From the NCBI GenBank assembly GCA_021739625.1, contig JAIPBJ010000001.1:2553-66552 (forward strand): a DNA stretch of 64,000 nucleotides. The letters run 5' to 3'. The position numbers were made by a program, and so were the translations under genes. Numbering within the stretch: position 1 is the first letter of the stretch; each line of letters starts with the position of its first letter. The notes beneath the pieces were generated by a model. That model saw nothing but the letters and a program-made list of their open reading frames with translations. It was not told the origin of the DNA and did no database searches. Positions 1 through 10,753 of the stretch are shown one piece after another. Source of the stretch: Flavobacteriales bacterium (GTDB taxonomy: Bacteria > Bacteroidota > Bacteroidia > UBA10329).

Positions 1-204
1 GCGCACCTCTTCGCAATACTCCATGGCCTTGTCCGGGTCGGCCAGATAGACGTTTTCGGCCAAGGCGATGAGGGCCTTCACCTTCAGGGTATCGTGCTTG
101 GCGGTGCGGTACGTTGTGACCAACGAGTCGGTGACTGACTCCTGCGCAAGACATGGAGACTCCGACACGACCAGCAAAAAGACCAATGTCCACGCTATTC
201 TCAT
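1..204 (-). CDS. 5' part of a signal-peptide/TPR-type protein, likely a TPR sensor kinase or phosphatase; runs off the window edge
   Basis: Manual translation from ATG at 204: MRIAWTLVFLLVVSESPCLAQESVTDSLVTTYRTAKHDTLKVKALIALAENVYLADPDKAMEYCEEVR. A signal peptide followed by 'DSL...HDTLKVKAL..LA' is typical of Bacteroidota TPR sensor N-termini. Confidence 0.6.
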   Translation of the reverse strand, partial: MRIAWTLVFLLVVSESPCLAQESVTDSLVTTYRTAKHDTLKVKALIALAENVYLADPDKAMEYCEEVR

Positions 205-356
205 GGCCGGAGGAATGGAGTGCAAGATGCGAAATTGAATGTGAAGAAGCACGGGCCAAGTTTGGTCTGACCGGTAACCGCAGAGGATGGTCTTCATCGG
301 GCCTGTCCTACTTTTAGCGCAATGCTCTGCCTCCAGTTCCAATATCACATCCAAGC

Positions 357-800
357 ATGAAGTCGGCATTGTTGAACCATTGCATCAGCGTGGCACGCCA
401 GAAGGTGCAATCGCTGGAAACCGAGCTCACTTCCACGCAGCAATCGACCGCTTCAGAAGGCAAGAGCACCGCTGGCGACAAGCACGAGACCGCCCGCGCC
501 ATGATGCATCTGGAACAGGAGAAACTCCACAGACAGATCGCAGAAGCCCAGATGCTGTTGGCCGAACTGGAACGGATTGATGCCAAGGTGAATCACACCA
601 GGGTCGGACTGGGATCGCTCATCACCACCGACAGGGGCATGTTCTTCATTGCCGCTGGTCTGGGCAAGGTTGAGTTTGAGGGAACACCCTATTTCGTGGT
701 GTCAGTACAGGCCCCTCTCTCAGCGCAGCTTCTGGGGAAAGCTGTTGGAGAGAAGGTCGGAATGAATGGGGTGGTGTATGAGATCCGTGCGGTGGAGTAG
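357..800 (+). CDS. GreA/GreB-like elongation factor family protein
   Basis: 147 aa; coiled-coil N-terminus with 'KSTAGDKHETARAMMHLEQE', and a Gre C-terminal-like 'VGLGSLI...VVSVQAPLSAQLLGKAVGEKV'. Confidence 0.75.
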   Translation: MKSALLNHCISVARQKVQSLETELTSTQQSTASEGKSTAGDKHETARAMMHLEQEKLHRQIAEAQMLLAELERIDAKVNHTRVGLGSLITTDRGMFFIAAGLGKVEFEGTPYFVVSVQAPLSAQLLGKAVGEKVGMNGVVYEIRAVE

Positions 801-833
801 GTGTTTCACAATACCCCGCGAATTCAAATCCAC

Positions 834-3800
834 TCAGAAAAACGCCCTCACCTGCACATTCCCAGTATGAATGGCATCATTCTCACCGCTCTTGCGGCCG
901 TTGTACTGGAGGTTGAGCTGCATGTTCTTGCCCAATTTGGTCTGGAAAAGCACGGCCCAGGTGAAGTTGGCCCCGTTCTTCAGGCCGTCCAGCATCTCGA
1001 ATTCCACCGTGGTTCCTTCCGGCCCATTGTAGCTGATGCTGATGAAATTGAAGCTGGCATTCACGCTGCCCCGTTGCAGTATGTTGTATTTGGCCTCGAT
1101 GCCCGCATCCCGCAGATAGGCCCCTTGTCCCGGTCCCTCGGCCAAACTGTTGAGGCGCTCGGTGTAGCGGAATGAGCCTCGCACCCTGAACTTGGTCCCA
1201 AGCTGATAGACCAATTGTGGTTCAAGGAAGTAGTAGTCTATCTCATAGTTGTTGCTGTTGATGAAATCAGAAATGGCGGTCTTTTTTCCAGGCTCATACT
1301 CCATGTTGAAAGTGAAGCTCTTGGTGATGTTCCACCGCGACTTGAGGTTGTGCGAGGTGCGCGTGCGGGTCTCGAATCCGTTGGCCAGCGAGGTCTTGGT
1401 GCGGGTGTCCTGAAAGGTGTAGTCGCCTCCTACCTTCGAGCTGCTTCGGTTGAAGAAGAACGTGTTCCGGAAACTGCTCGTCAATGTCACCAGCGATGTG
1501 TCGGCCACCTGGGTGAAGAACGGGTCGAAGGCCTGAAGCAGGTCTGTACGCTGTATCCTGCGGTCCATGCTATAGACGAACTGGTCGCTCAGGCGCGATA
1601 GGAACTTGAGCATCCCTTTCTTGTTTGCCCACAGCACACGCGGGTTGATGTTGATGGCCTCGCTGAACTGCGTGGTATAGACCTTTATATATTCATCAGT
1701 GGGAATGAACACCCTGATGTATTTGGCCGTATCGATGAAGGTCGCTTCAACAAATTCAGTGATCTCCTTCACTCCATTGCCGTTCTGGTCTATCCAGTTC
1801 CATGCGCCCTGGCCTGATACGACCTCCACGAATGTGTAGTCCTTCTTGCTCTCCAGCCCCGAGCCCACCTCATAGAAAGTATTGCTGGTAATGGCCCCCT
1901 TGAGCACCGACAGATAGTATTCCAAGCGGTTGATCAGCGTGTTGTCCGGTGGCTGATCGCTCAGCTCGCTGTCCTTTATCTGCAACCTGCGATAGGTGAT
2001 GGTGCCTTTGAGGACGCTGTTCGGATTCTTGCCCAGCACACCGCTCAGACCGAAACTCTCGCCCACGCTGCTGTAGGCCAGCTCATTCAGTTTGGGCAGC
2101 ATATCGTCCCTCCGTTGGTAGAAGAGGGAATAGGAATTCTTCCAAGTGGCCGGACTCTTGACGTAGATCTTGGCATCGTTCCACATGTAGCTGGTCGCCA
2201 GCAACGAATCGGTGCCACTGGCACGGAACCGGTTGTCCTCAAACTGGTTCTGCCCCCCGATGACGAACCACTTGAACTTCTGCTCCAGATCGAGAATGAA
2301 ACGCCCGAAGCGGTTGTCGGTCACCTCGCCATCGGAGGTGATGTAACTGCCGTTGAACTGCATGTTGAAGCCCTTATGCGTCACCTTCGACTCAACGGCA
2401 TGTTGGTTGGCGTTGAACACTCCCTGATTGATGAACGAACGGAAGGTGTAGGCCAGTTCGCCCACCTCTCTGCGCACCACGCCCACTGTTCCGGACGATA
2501 TGTATTGCGCCACGGGTTTGGCAAGCGGCTGAAGGTTCCAGTCGCGCTCAAATTCCACGGTCCGGTAGCGTTCGATGGGGCGGAAGGTCTCGCTCACGTG
2601 CTCAAAGTCCACCGATGTCTTCAACGCCCATTTGGCCGAATCGCCCTTGCCATCGAGCGGTATGCGGTGGTCGTATCGCACCTTCATGCCATAGCCGAGA
2701 TTGTCCTCATTGTCCACACTCGAAAAGCGGTTGAGGTCGGTGTTCGACAGCGCACCTTCCATGGTGGCCTTGCCGTTCTTGCCCACCAGATACTCGGCAC
2801 CAAGGGTGAAAAGTTGGCTCTGTTTCGGAGTAATGAGTTTCTGGATGGGCAGATAACGGCCCTGTCTTGCACCGGTCAGCGAGTCGGGCGGCACCCATTG
2901 ATAGACACGTCCATTGGCCGAGCTTGGCACCTGCTCATAGTCGCCATTGCCAAGGCCGACATCTGAGAACACCACCTGATAATAGGCCGTTGCCGGGTCG
3001 AAGCTTTGAACGAAGATCTCCTGAAAGATTGCAGGAACGCCCATCACCGTCACCGTGGTGTCTGTTCTGCGATAACGCACCTGATCGTTCGTGTAGCCCA
3101 CCGAATCTGATGCCGGCAGTATGGCAAGGTCGAGGTTGTCGCCTATGGAATCGAGCAATCGGTACTGGTCTTCGTTGATATTGATGTTCGACACCGGATT
3201 CTTGCTGTCCTGCTCTGAATACAGATTGAACCGCACCTTCACCTTGTGCTTCTCATAGTTGAGCCCCGCGTGGAACAGCGACCGCGAGTAATTCCTTTCG
3301 GAATACTGGAATTCGACCACAATGCGCGAGTCCTTGCTGATCATGCGCTTGGAGGTGAAAGTGATCTCGGCCGTGTTATAGTTGATGATATAGTCGTTCT
3401 CCTGCCCGCGCGTCAGCAGTTTTCCATCGATATAGACCATCTCGGTGCCTGCGATAATGATGATGAACGGCTCGTTCTCTGCCCCGCGCAGCAGATACGG
3501 CCCCTGAACGCCCTCCTTGCCCGGAAAGATCTGCCTGCTGAATTTTCCCTTCGACAATGCACCGCTGCCGTCCACCTCAAAGAATCCGGGATGAGGGTCT
3601 GTGACGCGCTGCTTCCTTATGTCGAACCGATGCTTGATGCGAAGGCCCTGCGCGCGTTTCAGAAAATTCATGAAATAGCTGGGCGGTCTGTCTATGCGGA
3701 AATCGCCAGCGGTAAGCTCCGTCCTGTCCGTGAAAAGCTGAATGTAGATCTGGTCGAAATCCTGCAACTGCTGAGTGTTGCCCTCAGGCTGGAATGGGAT

Positions 3801-4346
3801 GTTGTTGTCGGTGATCACCGCTCTGATGCCTATCTGCGGGGTGATCTGCCCCGTCAGGTTCAGGTTGAGGCTCGATGTGACACCGAGATCCTGATTGTTG
3901 CCCACCTGAATGCCGCGTGATATGGATCCGCTCTTGGTCAGTGTGCCGAGGTCGAACAGCTCATCCATGCTCCGTTTCTTCACCGTGTAGGTGAACGGGT
4001 TGATGGGTTCGTTCACCTTGGTCTGTATGAGGCTGGGATCTTTGTTGAATGTCCTTTGGGAGAAAAGAATGGAGAACACGCGGTAGTTGGCGGTGAGCGT
4101 CTGTCCCACAAGTCCCTGCTTCGCGATAAGCATCCCTGAGAACCATTCGAGGGAATAGAGGCTGTCCGGCACTGCGCTACCGTCCGCTGCCAACAGGTGG
4201 AAGCTGTCGGGAATGATGCTGAGCGTGTCGAGGGCAATGGTGTCCGAATCGACCTTCACGGAGCGCGATCGCAGGTTGCCGCCATCCTGCGCGGTCGCAG
4301 CCATGGTGAAGCACAGCAGCATGAGCAGGATGTGGAGCTGACGCAT
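834..4346 (-). CDS. Large outer-membrane beta-barrel protein, conserved Bacteroidota hypothetical
   Basis: 1170 aa; Sec signal peptide, alternating amphipathic beta-strands, terminal Phe (VQVRAFF). Confidence 0.75.
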   Translation of the reverse strand: MRQLHILLMLLCFTMAATAQDGGNLRSRSVKVDSDTIALDTLSIIPDSFHLLAADGSAVPDSLYSLEWFSGMLIAKQGLVGQTLTANYRVFSILFSQRTFNKDPSLIQTKVNEPINPFTYTVKKRSMDELFDLGTLTKSGSISRGIQVGNNQDLGVTSSLNLNLTGQITPQIGIRAVITDNNIPFQPEGNTQQLQDFDQIYIQLFTDRTELTAGDFRIDRPPSYFMNFLKRAQGLRIKHRFDIRKQRVTDPHPGFFEVDGSGALSKGKFSRQIFPGKEGVQGPYLLRGAENEPFIIIIAGTEMVYIDGKLLTRGQENDYIINYNTAEITFTSKRMISKDSRIVVEFQYSERNYSRSLFHAGLNYEKHKVKVRFNLYSEQDSKNPVSNININEDQYRLLDSIGDNLDLAILPASDSVGYTNDQVRYRRTDTTVTVMGVPAIFQEIFVQSFDPATAYYQVVFSDVGLGNGDYEQVPSSANGRVYQWVPPDSLTGARQGRYLPIQKLITPKQSQLFTLGAEYLVGKNGKATMEGALSNTDLNRFSSVDNEDNLGYGMKVRYDHRIPLDGKGDSAKWALKTSVDFEHVSETFRPIERYRTVEFERDWNLQPLAKPVAQYISSGTVGVVRREVGELAYTFRSFINQGVFNANQHAVESKVTHKGFNMQFNGSYITSDGEVTDNRFGRFILDLEQKFKWFVIGGQNQFEDNRFRASGTDSLLATSYMWNDAKIYVKSPATWKNSYSLFYQRRDDMLPKLNELAYSSVGESFGLSGVLGKNPNSVLKGTITYRRLQIKDSELSDQPPDNTLINRLEYYLSVLKGAITSNTFYEVGSGLESKKDYTFVEVVSGQGAWNWIDQNGNGVKEITEFVEATFIDTAKYIRVFIPTDEYIKVYTTQFSEAININPRVLWANKKGMLKFLSRLSDQFVYSMDRRIQRTDLLQAFDPFFTQVADTSLVTLTSSFRNTFFFNRSSSKVGGDYTFQDTRTKTSLANGFETRTRTSHNLKSRWNITKSFTFNMEYEPGKKTAISDFINSNNYEIDYYFLEPQLVYQLGTKFRVRGSFRYTERLNSLAEGPGQGAYLRDAGIEAKYNILQRGSVNASFNFISISYNGPEGTTVEFEMLDGLKNGANFTWAVLFQTKLGKNMQLNLQYNGRKSGENDAIHTGNVQVRAFF

Positions 4347-4454
4347 CAGGCAGGGCGGGTCACGGGGTCAACAAGTATAGCGTTTCCAAATGCGACATCT
4401 GCGCAGCGGGAAACCAACGGTAACGCGAAAACAGGAAGTATGTGCAGACGCGAA

Positions 4455-6974
4455 CTACTGCACTATGAATCGCCCAAGAACGCTTCCATCCGCAAGAGAA
4501 CGCAGATAATAGATGCCGGCCGGCATAGATGTCAGGCTGACAATGTGCTGATGACCGCTGGCGATGAACGTGGTCACCTGACGGCCAAAAGCGTCCAGCA
4601 CCTCAACGTTCTCACCGGCAGTCAGGCGGTCGGAGACCATGGTGATGGCATCTGTTGCAGGCACCGGGAAGATGCGGACCTCCCGTTGCACGGTCTCCCT
4701 GATGCCGATGTTCAGGGCATTCATCAGAGGAGATTCCCACATGCCGCGTCCGTAGGTGGCGATACGCAACAGTTCCTCACCATCATGGATGTGAATATCG
4801 GTGACGATCACATTGGGAAGACCGCTCATGAATGGCTCCCATGCATCCATTCCCTCTTCCCAGTAATAGACCCCGGCATCTGTGCCCACATACACCCCGT
4901 TCACCGCACTCTTTTCCATGGCAATGCAATTGGCAGGCAGATTGGGCAGTCCGGTGCTCATGTTCTGCCATGAGTTGCCCGAATCCCTACTGCGGAAGAC
5001 CTTCCGTCCGTCCGTGTATCCCGAAACTGTGATCCATACCTCCTCCTTGTTGTAGGGATGAACGGCTATGCCGGTCAACGTGATGCCGCCCGGCAGGCCG
5101 GACGAGACCATGTCCCACTGGCTGCCTAGATCTGTGCTACGATAGACTCTGCTCCCGGTCGTCACATACATCCATTCATTGTCCTGTGGTGAAATGGCTA
5201 TGGCGGTCACAGAGCCCCCGACCAGATCGGGTGAGAATTCATACCATCCACTTCCGAGGTCATCGCTCCGATAGACCTTGTTGTTCCAACCACCGTACAT
5301 GACGGTCCCGCCCTGCGGCTCAATGACAAAAGGCACCACCCATTGTCCTTCCATCCCATCCGGACTCAGATTGGATGTAAAATTGAACCCAGCATCGTTG
5401 GAGCGGTACAGCGAGCCGTTCTGTGTGGTGCAGAACATGATATTGCCATCCTCAGGATGAATGAGGGTCTGCATTCCATCACCTCCGAAAACAATGGTCC
5501 AAAGCCCATTGCGTAATCGCATGGTGCCGTTGTCCTGAGCCCCAGCGAGAAGGAGATTCGGATCCTGCGTCCCCTGTGCCATCTTATAGAACTGGGTGAT
5601 GCTCATCCCCTCGCTGAGAAGGTTGAAGCCGTTGAAATTCCACGCCTTTCTGAAGACCCCGCCATCATTGGCCGTGAAGAACCGATTGGTCACGGGATGG
5701 AAAGCAAGGCGGTGATGGTCGGCATGGGAATAGGGTGCGCTTGCACCGTTCCAGTGGGAGAACGGCACGAAACTCTCGCCTCCATTGGTGCTATGCCAAA
5801 GGCTTACACTGCCTGCCACAATATGGTCCGGGTCCGTGTTGCTTACAGCGATGTCCATCGCATACCAGGAGGCCCCATCGTTCTCATCACCAGAAAGCGA
5901 CCAGTCGAAAATGTTCGGGGCCGATGCCATGGGCTCGAAATTCATGCCTCCGTCCTCGCTTCGCCAAAGGCCCTTGAAACCAGACTGCATGTTGCTGCAA
6001 AGCGCATAGACCCTGCGCGGTGCGGCCGGACTGCTCCTGACCTTGATGCGCTCCACATCGTTGGGCGGAAGCCCTTGCGACATCTGCCAGATGATACCCC
6101 CGTCAGTGCTGAACATCACATGGGCACCCCCTGTCCAACTGAAGGTCGATGCGACCACAGTATCGCTCTGACCATGCTGCCACTGGATGTCGGTGAAATG
6201 TCCCAGCGCCACGGATTCGAATGTCTCACCCGCATCCACCGACCGTTTCAAGCCGTCATTCGTAGCGGCCAGTAGGATATGTGGACGCAAGGGGTCGAGT
6301 GCCACTTTGCGAAAATTGATGCCGTCAGGGATATTAAGGGTCAGCCCGGTGGCCTCCCAACTCACTCCCCCGTCCGCGCTACGCAGCAGGCCATAGCTGT
6401 ACGTGTCGCTCACGCTGCCGTCACCGCTTGCCAGATACATGGTGTCGGGATGATGCGGATGAATGACCAGATCGCCCACTCCGAGATTGGGCATGTCCGG
6501 GGTCATGTTCTCCCAGTTGTCACCATTGTCGGTGGTGCGCCACAGCCCCCCGGATGGCGCACCCGCCCAGATGATGTTCGTGTCAAGCGGGTGAAATGCC
6601 AATGCCGTGATGCGGCCGATGCCATCGGCAGGATAGCCGATGACAGCATAAGGGCCACGCTGAGGCCCGATGACATGCCAGTCACCACTGCTTCTGTAAC
6701 TCCTTTGCATCTTCACGCGGTCAATCTCGCGGAGCAAAAATTCCCCGTTGGGCATCATCCCGCTCTCACCAGTCCGCTGACCCGCGAACCACTCCCAGCG
6801 TTTGAAATGCTTCCATCCACCTCCACGTTGACGATGGCCATCTGCGTAGTAGGCGGCAAGCCTATCGTGGAGTTCATGATATGACGTGCCGGGAATGGCA
6901 TCCGGGCGGGAAGGCTGCGCCCGTACCCACATGAAGGACAGAAACAGTGGCGTAAGGCTTATGATTCTTAGCAT
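4455..6974 (-). CDS. T9SS type A cargo with BNR/Asp-box (VPS10/sortilin-like) beta-propellers
   Basis: Many S/T-x-D-x-G-x-x-W Asp-boxes (RTTDNGDNW, RSADGGVSW, RSDDLGSGW); C-terminal 'IFPVPATD...GIYYL' CTD. Start taken at MLRII (ATG 6974). Confidence 0.85.
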   Translation of the reverse strand: MLRIISLTPLFLSFMWVRAQPSRPDAIPGTSYHELHDRLAAYYADGHRQRGGGWKHFKRWEWFAGQRTGESGMMPNGEFLLREIDRVKMQRSYRSSGDWHVIGPQRGPYAVIGYPADGIGRITALAFHPLDTNIIWAGAPSGGLWRTTDNGDNWENMTPDMPNLGVGDLVIHPHHPDTMYLASGDGSVSDTYSYGLLRSADGGVSWEATGLTLNIPDGINFRKVALDPLRPHILLAATNDGLKRSVDAGETFESVALGHFTDIQWQHGQSDTVVASTFSWTGGAHVMFSTDGGIIWQMSQGLPPNDVERIKVRSSPAAPRRVYALCSNMQSGFKGLWRSEDGGMNFEPMASAPNIFDWSLSGDENDGASWYAMDIAVSNTDPDHIVAGSVSLWHSTNGGESFVPFSHWNGASAPYSHADHHRLAFHPVTNRFFTANDGGVFRKAWNFNGFNLLSEGMSITQFYKMAQGTQDPNLLLAGAQDNGTMRLRNGLWTIVFGGDGMQTLIHPEDGNIMFCTTQNGSLYRSNDAGFNFTSNLSPDGMEGQWVVPFVIEPQGGTVMYGGWNNKVYRSDDLGSGWYEFSPDLVGGSVTAIAISPQDNEWMYVTTGSRVYRSTDLGSQWDMVSSGLPGGITLTGIAVHPYNKEEVWITVSGYTDGRKVFRSRDSGNSWQNMSTGLPNLPANCIAMEKSAVNGVYVGTDAGVYYWEEGMDAWEPFMSGLPNVIVTDIHIHDGEELLRIATYGRGMWESPLMNALNIGIRETVQREVRIFPVPATDAITMVSDRLTAGENVEVLDAFGRQVTTFIASGHQHIVSLTSMPAGIYYLRSLADGSVLGRFIVQ

Positions 6975-7042
6975 GATGGACAAATGTAAACAGATGACCG
7001 AACAGGCATGACCGAACATCGCCTCCGTGTGATATTTGTCCT

Positions 7043-7363
7043 ATGCCCACACAACGCTCCCTGTTCCTATTGTCCGTTCAAACCCTCTTCGCTGGATTTT
7101 CAATGACCGTAGGCGGCTGGAAATAGGCGGCCAGGGTCTCGGCCATTGGCGGCATCGTGGTGCTGTGGCCCCACTTCTCAGTCCATTTCGGGAAGAATGG
7201 CACGCGGATGAAGGCATGCCATCAACATCTGTTCATCGTCTGTTTCATCATCGTCCACCTGCTGCGCGGATTGGAAGTGGGCTTCGCCACAGCAGTGTTC
7301 ATCATCGTTTTCGCGGCACTGCTGGCAAATGTTCTGGTGAGCGCAATATCTTTTTCTCAATGA
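7043..7363 (+). pseudogene. Possible degraded small membrane-protein gene with in-frame TAG
   Basis: The frame from ATG 7043 reads hydrophobic segments on both sides of a single TAG (7124-7126) and continues into the tracked 7157..7363 ORF. Confidence 0.25.
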
Positions 7364-7371
7364 CTCGCCCT

Positions 7372-7379
7372 TAGTTTTG
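7372..7379 (+). promoter_or_regulatory. Bacteroidota -7 promoter element (TAGTTTTG)
   Basis: Matches TAnnTTTG, 16 bp upstream of the ATG at 7396. Confidence 0.55.
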
Positions 7380-7395
7380 CGCGAAATAACCGAAC

Positions 7396-8535
7396 ATGAA
7401 ATTCGCCACCAAGGCCATCCACGCGGGTGTGGAACCCGATCCAACGACAGGGGCCATCATGACCCCCATTTACCAGACATCGACCTATGTGCAGGCCGCA
7501 CCGGGCGACCACAAGGGCTATGAGTACTCACGCACCGGAAATCCCACCCGCAACGCACTGGAGAAAGCATTGGCCGCGCTGGAGAATGGAAAGTACGGGC
7601 TGTGCTTCGGCAGTGGCATGGCCGCCACCGACTGTGTCATCCACATGCTGAAGCCTGGTGACGAGGTCATCAGCACCAACGACCTCTATGGCGGCACCTA
7701 TCGCCTCTTCACCAAGGTCTATGAACCGATGGGCATCAAGTTTCATTTTGTGCCGATGGGCGATGTGGAATCTGTGAAGTCCAAGGTGAATGCCAATACC
7801 CGTCTCATCTGGGTGGAAACGCCCACCAACCCGATGATGAACATCATCGATATCAAGGCCATGGCGGCCATTGCTAAAGAGTCCGGTGCATTGCTCGCAG
7901 TTGACAACACATTCGCAACGCCATATCTGCAACGCCCGCTCGAACTCGGTGCAGACATCGTGATGCACTCTGTGACCAAATTCCTCGGAGGCCACTCCGA
8001 TGTAGTGATGGGTGCGCTCATCACTGCAAATGATGCGCTGGCCGAACGCCTCTACTTTTTGCAGAACAGCATCGGGGCGGTCACCGGTCCAATGGACAGT
8101 TTCCTTGTGCTTCGTGGCCTCAAGACGCTTCACCTGCGCGTGCAGCGTCACTGCGAGAACGGAAAGAAAGTGGCCCATTTCCTCCAAGCGCACCCGAAGG
8201 TGGACAGCGTGAACTGGCCCGGATTTGAAAGCCACCCCAATCACGCGGTAGCCAAGGAGCAGATGAGCGGTTTCGGGGGAATGGTGTCGTTCTCTCTGAA
8301 AGACAACACCAAGGAGGCTGCGGTGAAGGTGCTTTCGGCCACCAGACTGTTCTCGTTGGCAGAATCATTGGGCGGAGTGGAATCTCTGATCGGCCATCCC
8401 GCGACTATGACCCATGCGTCCATCCCGAAAGAGGAAAGAGAGAAGACAGGTGTGGTCGATTCGCTCATCCGTCTAAGTGTGGGCCTGGAGGACGCTGACG
8501 ACCTTATTGCAGACCTCCGAACTGCTCTTGGGTGA
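7396..8535 (+). CDS. Cystathionine gamma-synthase / gamma-lyase (PLP-dependent transsulfuration enzyme)
   Basis: YSRTGNPTR, DLYGGT, WVETPTNP, VDNTFATP, HSVTKFLGGHSD (PLP lysine), SLGGVESL, IRLSVGLE. MetB and MccB cannot be separated by eye. Confidence 0.92.
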   Translation: MKFATKAIHAGVEPDPTTGAIMTPIYQTSTYVQAAPGDHKGYEYSRTGNPTRNALEKALAALENGKYGLCFGSGMAATDCVIHMLKPGDEVISTNDLYGGTYRLFTKVYEPMGIKFHFVPMGDVESVKSKVNANTRLIWVETPTNPMMNIIDIKAMAAIAKESGALLAVDNTFATPYLQRPLELGADIVMHSVTKFLGGHSDVVMGALITANDALAERLYFLQNSIGAVTGPMDSFLVLRGLKTLHLRVQRHCENGKKVAHFLQAHPKVDSVNWPGFESHPNHAVAKEQMSGFGGMVSFSLKDNTKEAAVKVLSATRLFSLAESLGGVESLIGHPATMTHASIPKEEREKTGVVDSLIRLSVGLEDADDLIADLRTALG

Positions 8536-8599
8536 GCAACGCGACATTCGCCCACACATTCGCACCCTACTTTTAGCGACCCACAAAACAGATCTTCAC

Positions 8600-10654
8600 A
8601 TGCGTGTTGCATTCATCGCTGCCTTTGTAACCCTCAGTCTTGGTTCGTTCGCCCAGTCCCATCATTGGTGCGGCACCGATCGCCATATTGAAGCCGCTGT
8701 TGAGCGGGACCCATCTCTCATTGGCGTTTACGGGGACCTGCTTCGGATCACCGAGGAGGTGAAGGCCCAGGGCGAACGTGGAGGTGGTCCACGAATCATC
8801 CCTGTGGTGTTCCACGTCATTCACACTGGTGGCCCAGAGAACATCAGCAAGGCGCAGATAGAAGATCAGATTCGCATTTTGAATGAGGATTTCTCGCGCA
8901 CGAATCCTGACACCGTGAATACTCGGGAAATTTTCAAACCCGTTGCGGCCAATCCCAATGTGGAGTTCCGTTTGGCCAAGCTCGACCCGCAGGGCAATTG
9001 CACCGAGGGCATCAACCGTGTCTATTCTGCATTGACCAACAATGCCGATGATGCTGTGAAGGCTGTCAGCTATTGGAACAGCACCCGCTATTTCAATGTT
9101 TGGGTGGTAAATTCCATCGACAATGACGGTGAGGCTGGCCTTGTGCTCGGTTATGCTCAATTTCCGGGATTCGGGGGTGCCACCACCGATGGTGTGGTGG
9201 TTCGTGCAGACCGCGTGGGGAGCATTGAATTTGCCGTGGCTGGCGACAAGGGTCGCACCCTGACCCACGAGACAGGTCATTGGCTCGGGCTGATGCACAC
9301 CTTCCAAGGAGGTTGCACCGGAGGATTTTTCGGTGAAGGGGTTGATGACACTCCCCCAGTTGCGGAGGCCAACTTCAACTGCGGGTTCAATCTCAACAGC
9401 TGCACCAATGACAACCCCGACCTACCGGACATGGTGGAGAATTATATGGACTATGCGTCCGGTTCGTGCATGAACATGTTCACCCTTGGGCAGAATTCCA
9501 GGATGGACGGGGTGATGGTCGGAAGTCGCGCTCTCATTCATTCTGGTGAGAATCTCGCCTTCACCGGTGTCGGCAGCCCTTCGTCCACCCCATGTGCCCC
9601 CATAGCTGAATTCTACGCTGAGCAGACCTTCGTCTGCACAGGCGAGACCGTCACCTACCGCGATGATTCTTACAATGGAGAAGTCGCCTCGCGCAGTTGG
9701 GAGTTCCCGGGTGGCACACCGGAGACATCTGGTGAGGCCGATCCACAGGTCACCTACAGTCAGCCAGGTCTTTACTCCGCAACACTGACTGCAATCAATG
9801 CACAGGGTCAGGCCACGGCCACACGCACGGAGTATGTGCGCGTGATTTCCGCAACGGCCGATGTCAGCAGCTTTTTCCTACAGGAGGATTTTGAAAGCGA
9901 GGAGGATGGCTACATCGCCCTCACAGATTTCGGTAATGGCTGGGAGCGTGCCAGCGTGGGTTTCACAGGCGCAAAGAGCATCTATGTCAACAATTTCAGC
10001 GGCAATCCTGTTGGTGCGCTTGACGAGTTCATTCTGCCTTCGGTGGACATGCGCAACATCGGCAATCCGAAACTGTACTTCAAGGTGGCCTACCGCACAC
10101 GCAGTGGTCTGAGCGATCAACTGCGGATATTCGTGTCCACCAACTGCGGACAGAGCTGGTCCATGCGCTACAATAAATCTGGCAACAGCCTGGCCTCGGT
10201 CTCCGGCAATCAGGGCAGTCCGTTCACCCCGGCCGGTCAGAACGAATGGAAGGAGGAGGATATCTCACTCTCCAACTTCACCAATGCTGAGCATCTGTTG
10301 GTGAAATTTCAGAACCGCAGTGATGCCGGCAACAACATCTATGTGGACGACATCCGTATCTCTGGCCCGCTTTCAGTGACCGATTCTCAACTGAATATGG
10401 AGTTGACCCTATCTCCAAATCCTGCCACAGAATCGACATGGCTACGGTTAGTTGCCCAGACCAATGAGCGTACAGAGATCACGGTGACTGACATCACGGG
10501 CCGTGAAGTGGCCCACCTGTATGACGGTACGCTTGCGCAGGGTGTCCACAATTTCCCCATCAATGTGATGGCCTTGGGAAGTGGAGGCGTTTACCTCATT
10601 GCCGTGCAGACTGTCACTGCTCGCGAGGTGCTCAAACTGGTGGTGGCAAAGTAG
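8600..10654 (+). CDS. M43 (pappalysin/ulilysin-like) zinc metalloprotease with PKD domain and T9SS type A CTD
   Basis: Prodomain Cys (HWCGT), IPVVFHVIH, HETGHWLGLMH zinc motif, NYMDY Met-turn, PKD (WEFPGG), CTD 'SPNPA...GVYLI'. Start at MRVAF (ATG 8600). Confidence 0.9.
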   Translation: MRVAFIAAFVTLSLGSFAQSHHWCGTDRHIEAAVERDPSLIGVYGDLLRITEEVKAQGERGGGPRIIPVVFHVIHTGGPENISKAQIEDQIRILNEDFSRTNPDTVNTREIFKPVAANPNVEFRLAKLDPQGNCTEGINRVYSALTNNADDAVKAVSYWNSTRYFNVWVVNSIDNDGEAGLVLGYAQFPGFGGATTDGVVVRADRVGSIEFAVAGDKGRTLTHETGHWLGLMHTFQGGCTGGFFGEGVDDTPPVAEANFNCGFNLNSCTNDNPDLPDMVENYMDYASGSCMNMFTLGQNSRMDGVMVGSRALIHSGENLAFTGVGSPSSTPCAPIAEFYAEQTFVCTGETVTYRDDSYNGEVASRSWEFPGGTPETSGEADPQVTYSQPGLYSATLTAINAQGQATATRTEYVRVISATADVSSFFLQEDFESEEDGYIALTDFGNGWERASVGFTGAKSIYVNNFSGNPVGALDEFILPSVDMRNIGNPKLYFKVAYRTRSGLSDQLRIFVSTNCGQSWSMRYNKSGNSLASVSGNQGSPFTPAGQNEWKEEDISLSNFTNAEHLLVKFQNRSDAGNNIYVDDIRISGPLSVTDSQLNMELTLSPNPATESTWLRLVAQTNERTEITVTDITGREVAHLYDGTLAQGVHNFPINVMALGSGGVYLIAVQTVTAREVLKLVVAK

Positions 10655-10753
10655 GTGTCCATTCCTGCGAAAAGTCATTTTCAGGGCTGATGCAGATCTG
10701 CTCGCGGCAACTATGATTCTTGGTGCTTTGTGGCGTTGAGAGAAGGCAGCGAC

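Noticed and set aside
7364-7395. SAM riboswitch upstream of the transsulfuration gene
   Set aside because: The -7 promoter lies 16 bp from the start codon, leaving no room.
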